A DNA stretch of 64,000 nt from Moniliella sp. 'wahieum' (Eukaryota): the NCBI GenBank assembly GCA_003971905.1, contig RSEE01000023.1:1-64000 (forward strand), read 5' to 3'. Below are positions 62,742 through 64,000 of this stretch, piece after piece (position 1 is the stretch's first letter; each line of letters starts with the position of its first letter). The position numbers and the translations under genes were made by a program. Under the pieces are notes generated by a model that searched no databases, was not told the DNA's origin, and was given only the letters and a program-made list of their open reading frames with translations.

Positions 62742-63945
62742 ATGCGGATGAGGAGCGCCGCAGCCCACCCCTCCACCTCCCCACCCTGGACCTCCCCCTC
62801 GACGTTGGGGGGATGAACGCCAGGAACGAGGGGACGAGCGCCCTTGGGGGGCGCATCCTGATCGCCGGGAACGAGAGGACGAGCGCCCTTGGGGGCGCAT
62901 CCTGATCGCCGGGAACGAGGGGACGAGCGCCGTTGGGGGGCACATCCTGATCGCCAGAGCGAGAGGACACACGGGGTAGAGGTTGGGGCAACGGGCCTGG
63001 GGGACGCTACTTCCCCGACGACGCACCCGCTGGTACTCGTGGTGGGGGATGGGGAGATCGGGCTCAGGGTGTCCGTCGCTCTTACCGATGCTGCTGGTGG
63101 GGGGTTCCTTGAGCACCGGCGGCAAGAGCGCGAGCGTCGGACGGATGTGACGGTGTGGGCCAAACCCCCGTCTTCGCCTTATGTCGACAGCGAGGAAGAG
63201 CGGAGCGTCGTCGGGCGGAGCGCAAGGAGCGGAAACGGCGGGAACATCGTGACCACCGTGACCATCGCAAGCACGGGGACCATCGCGAGCACCGACGTTC
63301 CACACATGAAAGGAAACGGAGAGGGAAAGGGAAAGGGAAAACGATCCTCTCGCCACCACTCTCGTCACGCCACTCAGCTCATCGCCACCACTCTGACAGT
63401 CACCGTTCGGATGGCCATCGTACTTCCCGTCATCGGCACGACGAGCATCGTTCGCGCTCCAAGCGGCACGAATCGGATTCCGAAGAACAGGAACGCAGCA
63501 GCAAGCGGCCACGTCGCTCCGTCTCTGTCGAAGAAAAGGCAAAGCAAAGCGTTCGGACGAATCGGATGAGGAAGTAGGTCCCCAGCTACCCAAAACGGTG
63601 GAAGGAAAACCACTGGACCCCCGCGCATATGGCTCCGCTCTCCTTGCAGGCGAAGGAAGTGCCATGGCTGCGTTTGTCACGGAGGGGCAGCGTATTCCGC
63701 GCCGTGGTGAGATTGGGTTGTCATCCGAACAGATTGAATCATTTGAAAAGGCCGGCTTTGTCATGTCCGGCTCCCGGCACCAGAGGATGAACGCGGTACG
63801 AATGCGGAAGGAGAACCAGGTCATCTCGGCGGAGGAGAAACGGACGCTACTAAAGCAACAACGGGAGGAAAAGCTCAAGAAGGAACAAGAGATCGTCTCC
63901 CAGTTCCGTGAGATGGTGGATACCCTCCAGCCGCCGGGAAGGTAA
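62742..63945 (+). CDS. NKAP: NKAP-like (DUF926/UPF0396) splicing-associated protein
   Basis: RS/RD-rich N-terminus, then YGSALLAGEGSAMAAFV..GQRIPRRGEIGL...FEKAGFVMSGSRHQRMNAVRMRKENQVISAEEKR. The start is approximate. Confidence 0.9.
62823..62956 (+). repeat. 3x 45-bp coding tandem repeat (ERGDERPWGAHPDRR-like)
   Basis: GGAACGAGGGGACGAGCGCCCTTGGGGGGCGCATCCTGATCGCCG three times. The middle unit is 44 bp, one G short in the G run. Confidence 0.9.
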
Positions 63946-64000
63946 TCAGATATGTATGGTTTCCTTGCATCTCAAACACCAGGAGTGTATCATAGAGGAA

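Noticed and set aside
62823..62956. CRISPR-like array
   Set aside because: The units are contiguous with no unique spacers, lie in frame within a eukaryotic gene, and no cas genes are present.
62406..63878. 490-aa minus-strand ORF
   Set aside because: It is the antisense shadow of the GC-rich NKAP-like gene and has no independent motifs. The same applies to 6461..7807 (antisense to VPS74) and 36691..37668.
1..64000. tRNA or rRNA genes
   Set aside because: No cloverleaf with a T-loop consensus and no rRNA signature was noticed by eye. Small RNAs could have been missed.

Overview
A 64-kb gene-dense, GC-rich, intron-poor fungal window. Short GT..AG introns and the gene content point to a basidiomycete, probably a yeast- or smut-like Ustilaginomycotina (inference). 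Nearly every conserved gene is broken by single-base indels, so the assembly looks like unpolished long-read sequence. Gene boundaries are therefore approximate and frameshifts are not evidence of pseudogenes. Housekeeping genes recognised: Pal1-like, VMA16, APA1/2, VPS74, MRP2, SRP101, pyruvate kinase, HOM6, SUI1, TOM40, ORC1, SLD5, COX15, an SDR, SEC26 and NKAP. Accessory content lies mostly between 8.5 and 33 kb: a NADAR protein, an F-box-like gene bracketed by ~210-bp direct repeats, a membrane-anchored heparinase II/III-like lyase, a persulfide-dioxygenase-like MBL divergent from a YoaK/DUF1275 transporter, and three 5'-truncated CRE-clade (RLE) non-LTR retrotransposon copies, one with an 11-bp target-site duplication. 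The standout gene is a ~5-kb single-module NRPS-like gene (A, extra A-subdomain, PCP, then three LbH blocks with intervening TM segments). It has the poly-lysine/polymalate-synthetase layout but an acyl-type A domain, so it may be a polymer synthetase of unknown product. Intergenic regions repeatedly carry 7-bp-period arrays, mostly built from different 6-bp palindromes.
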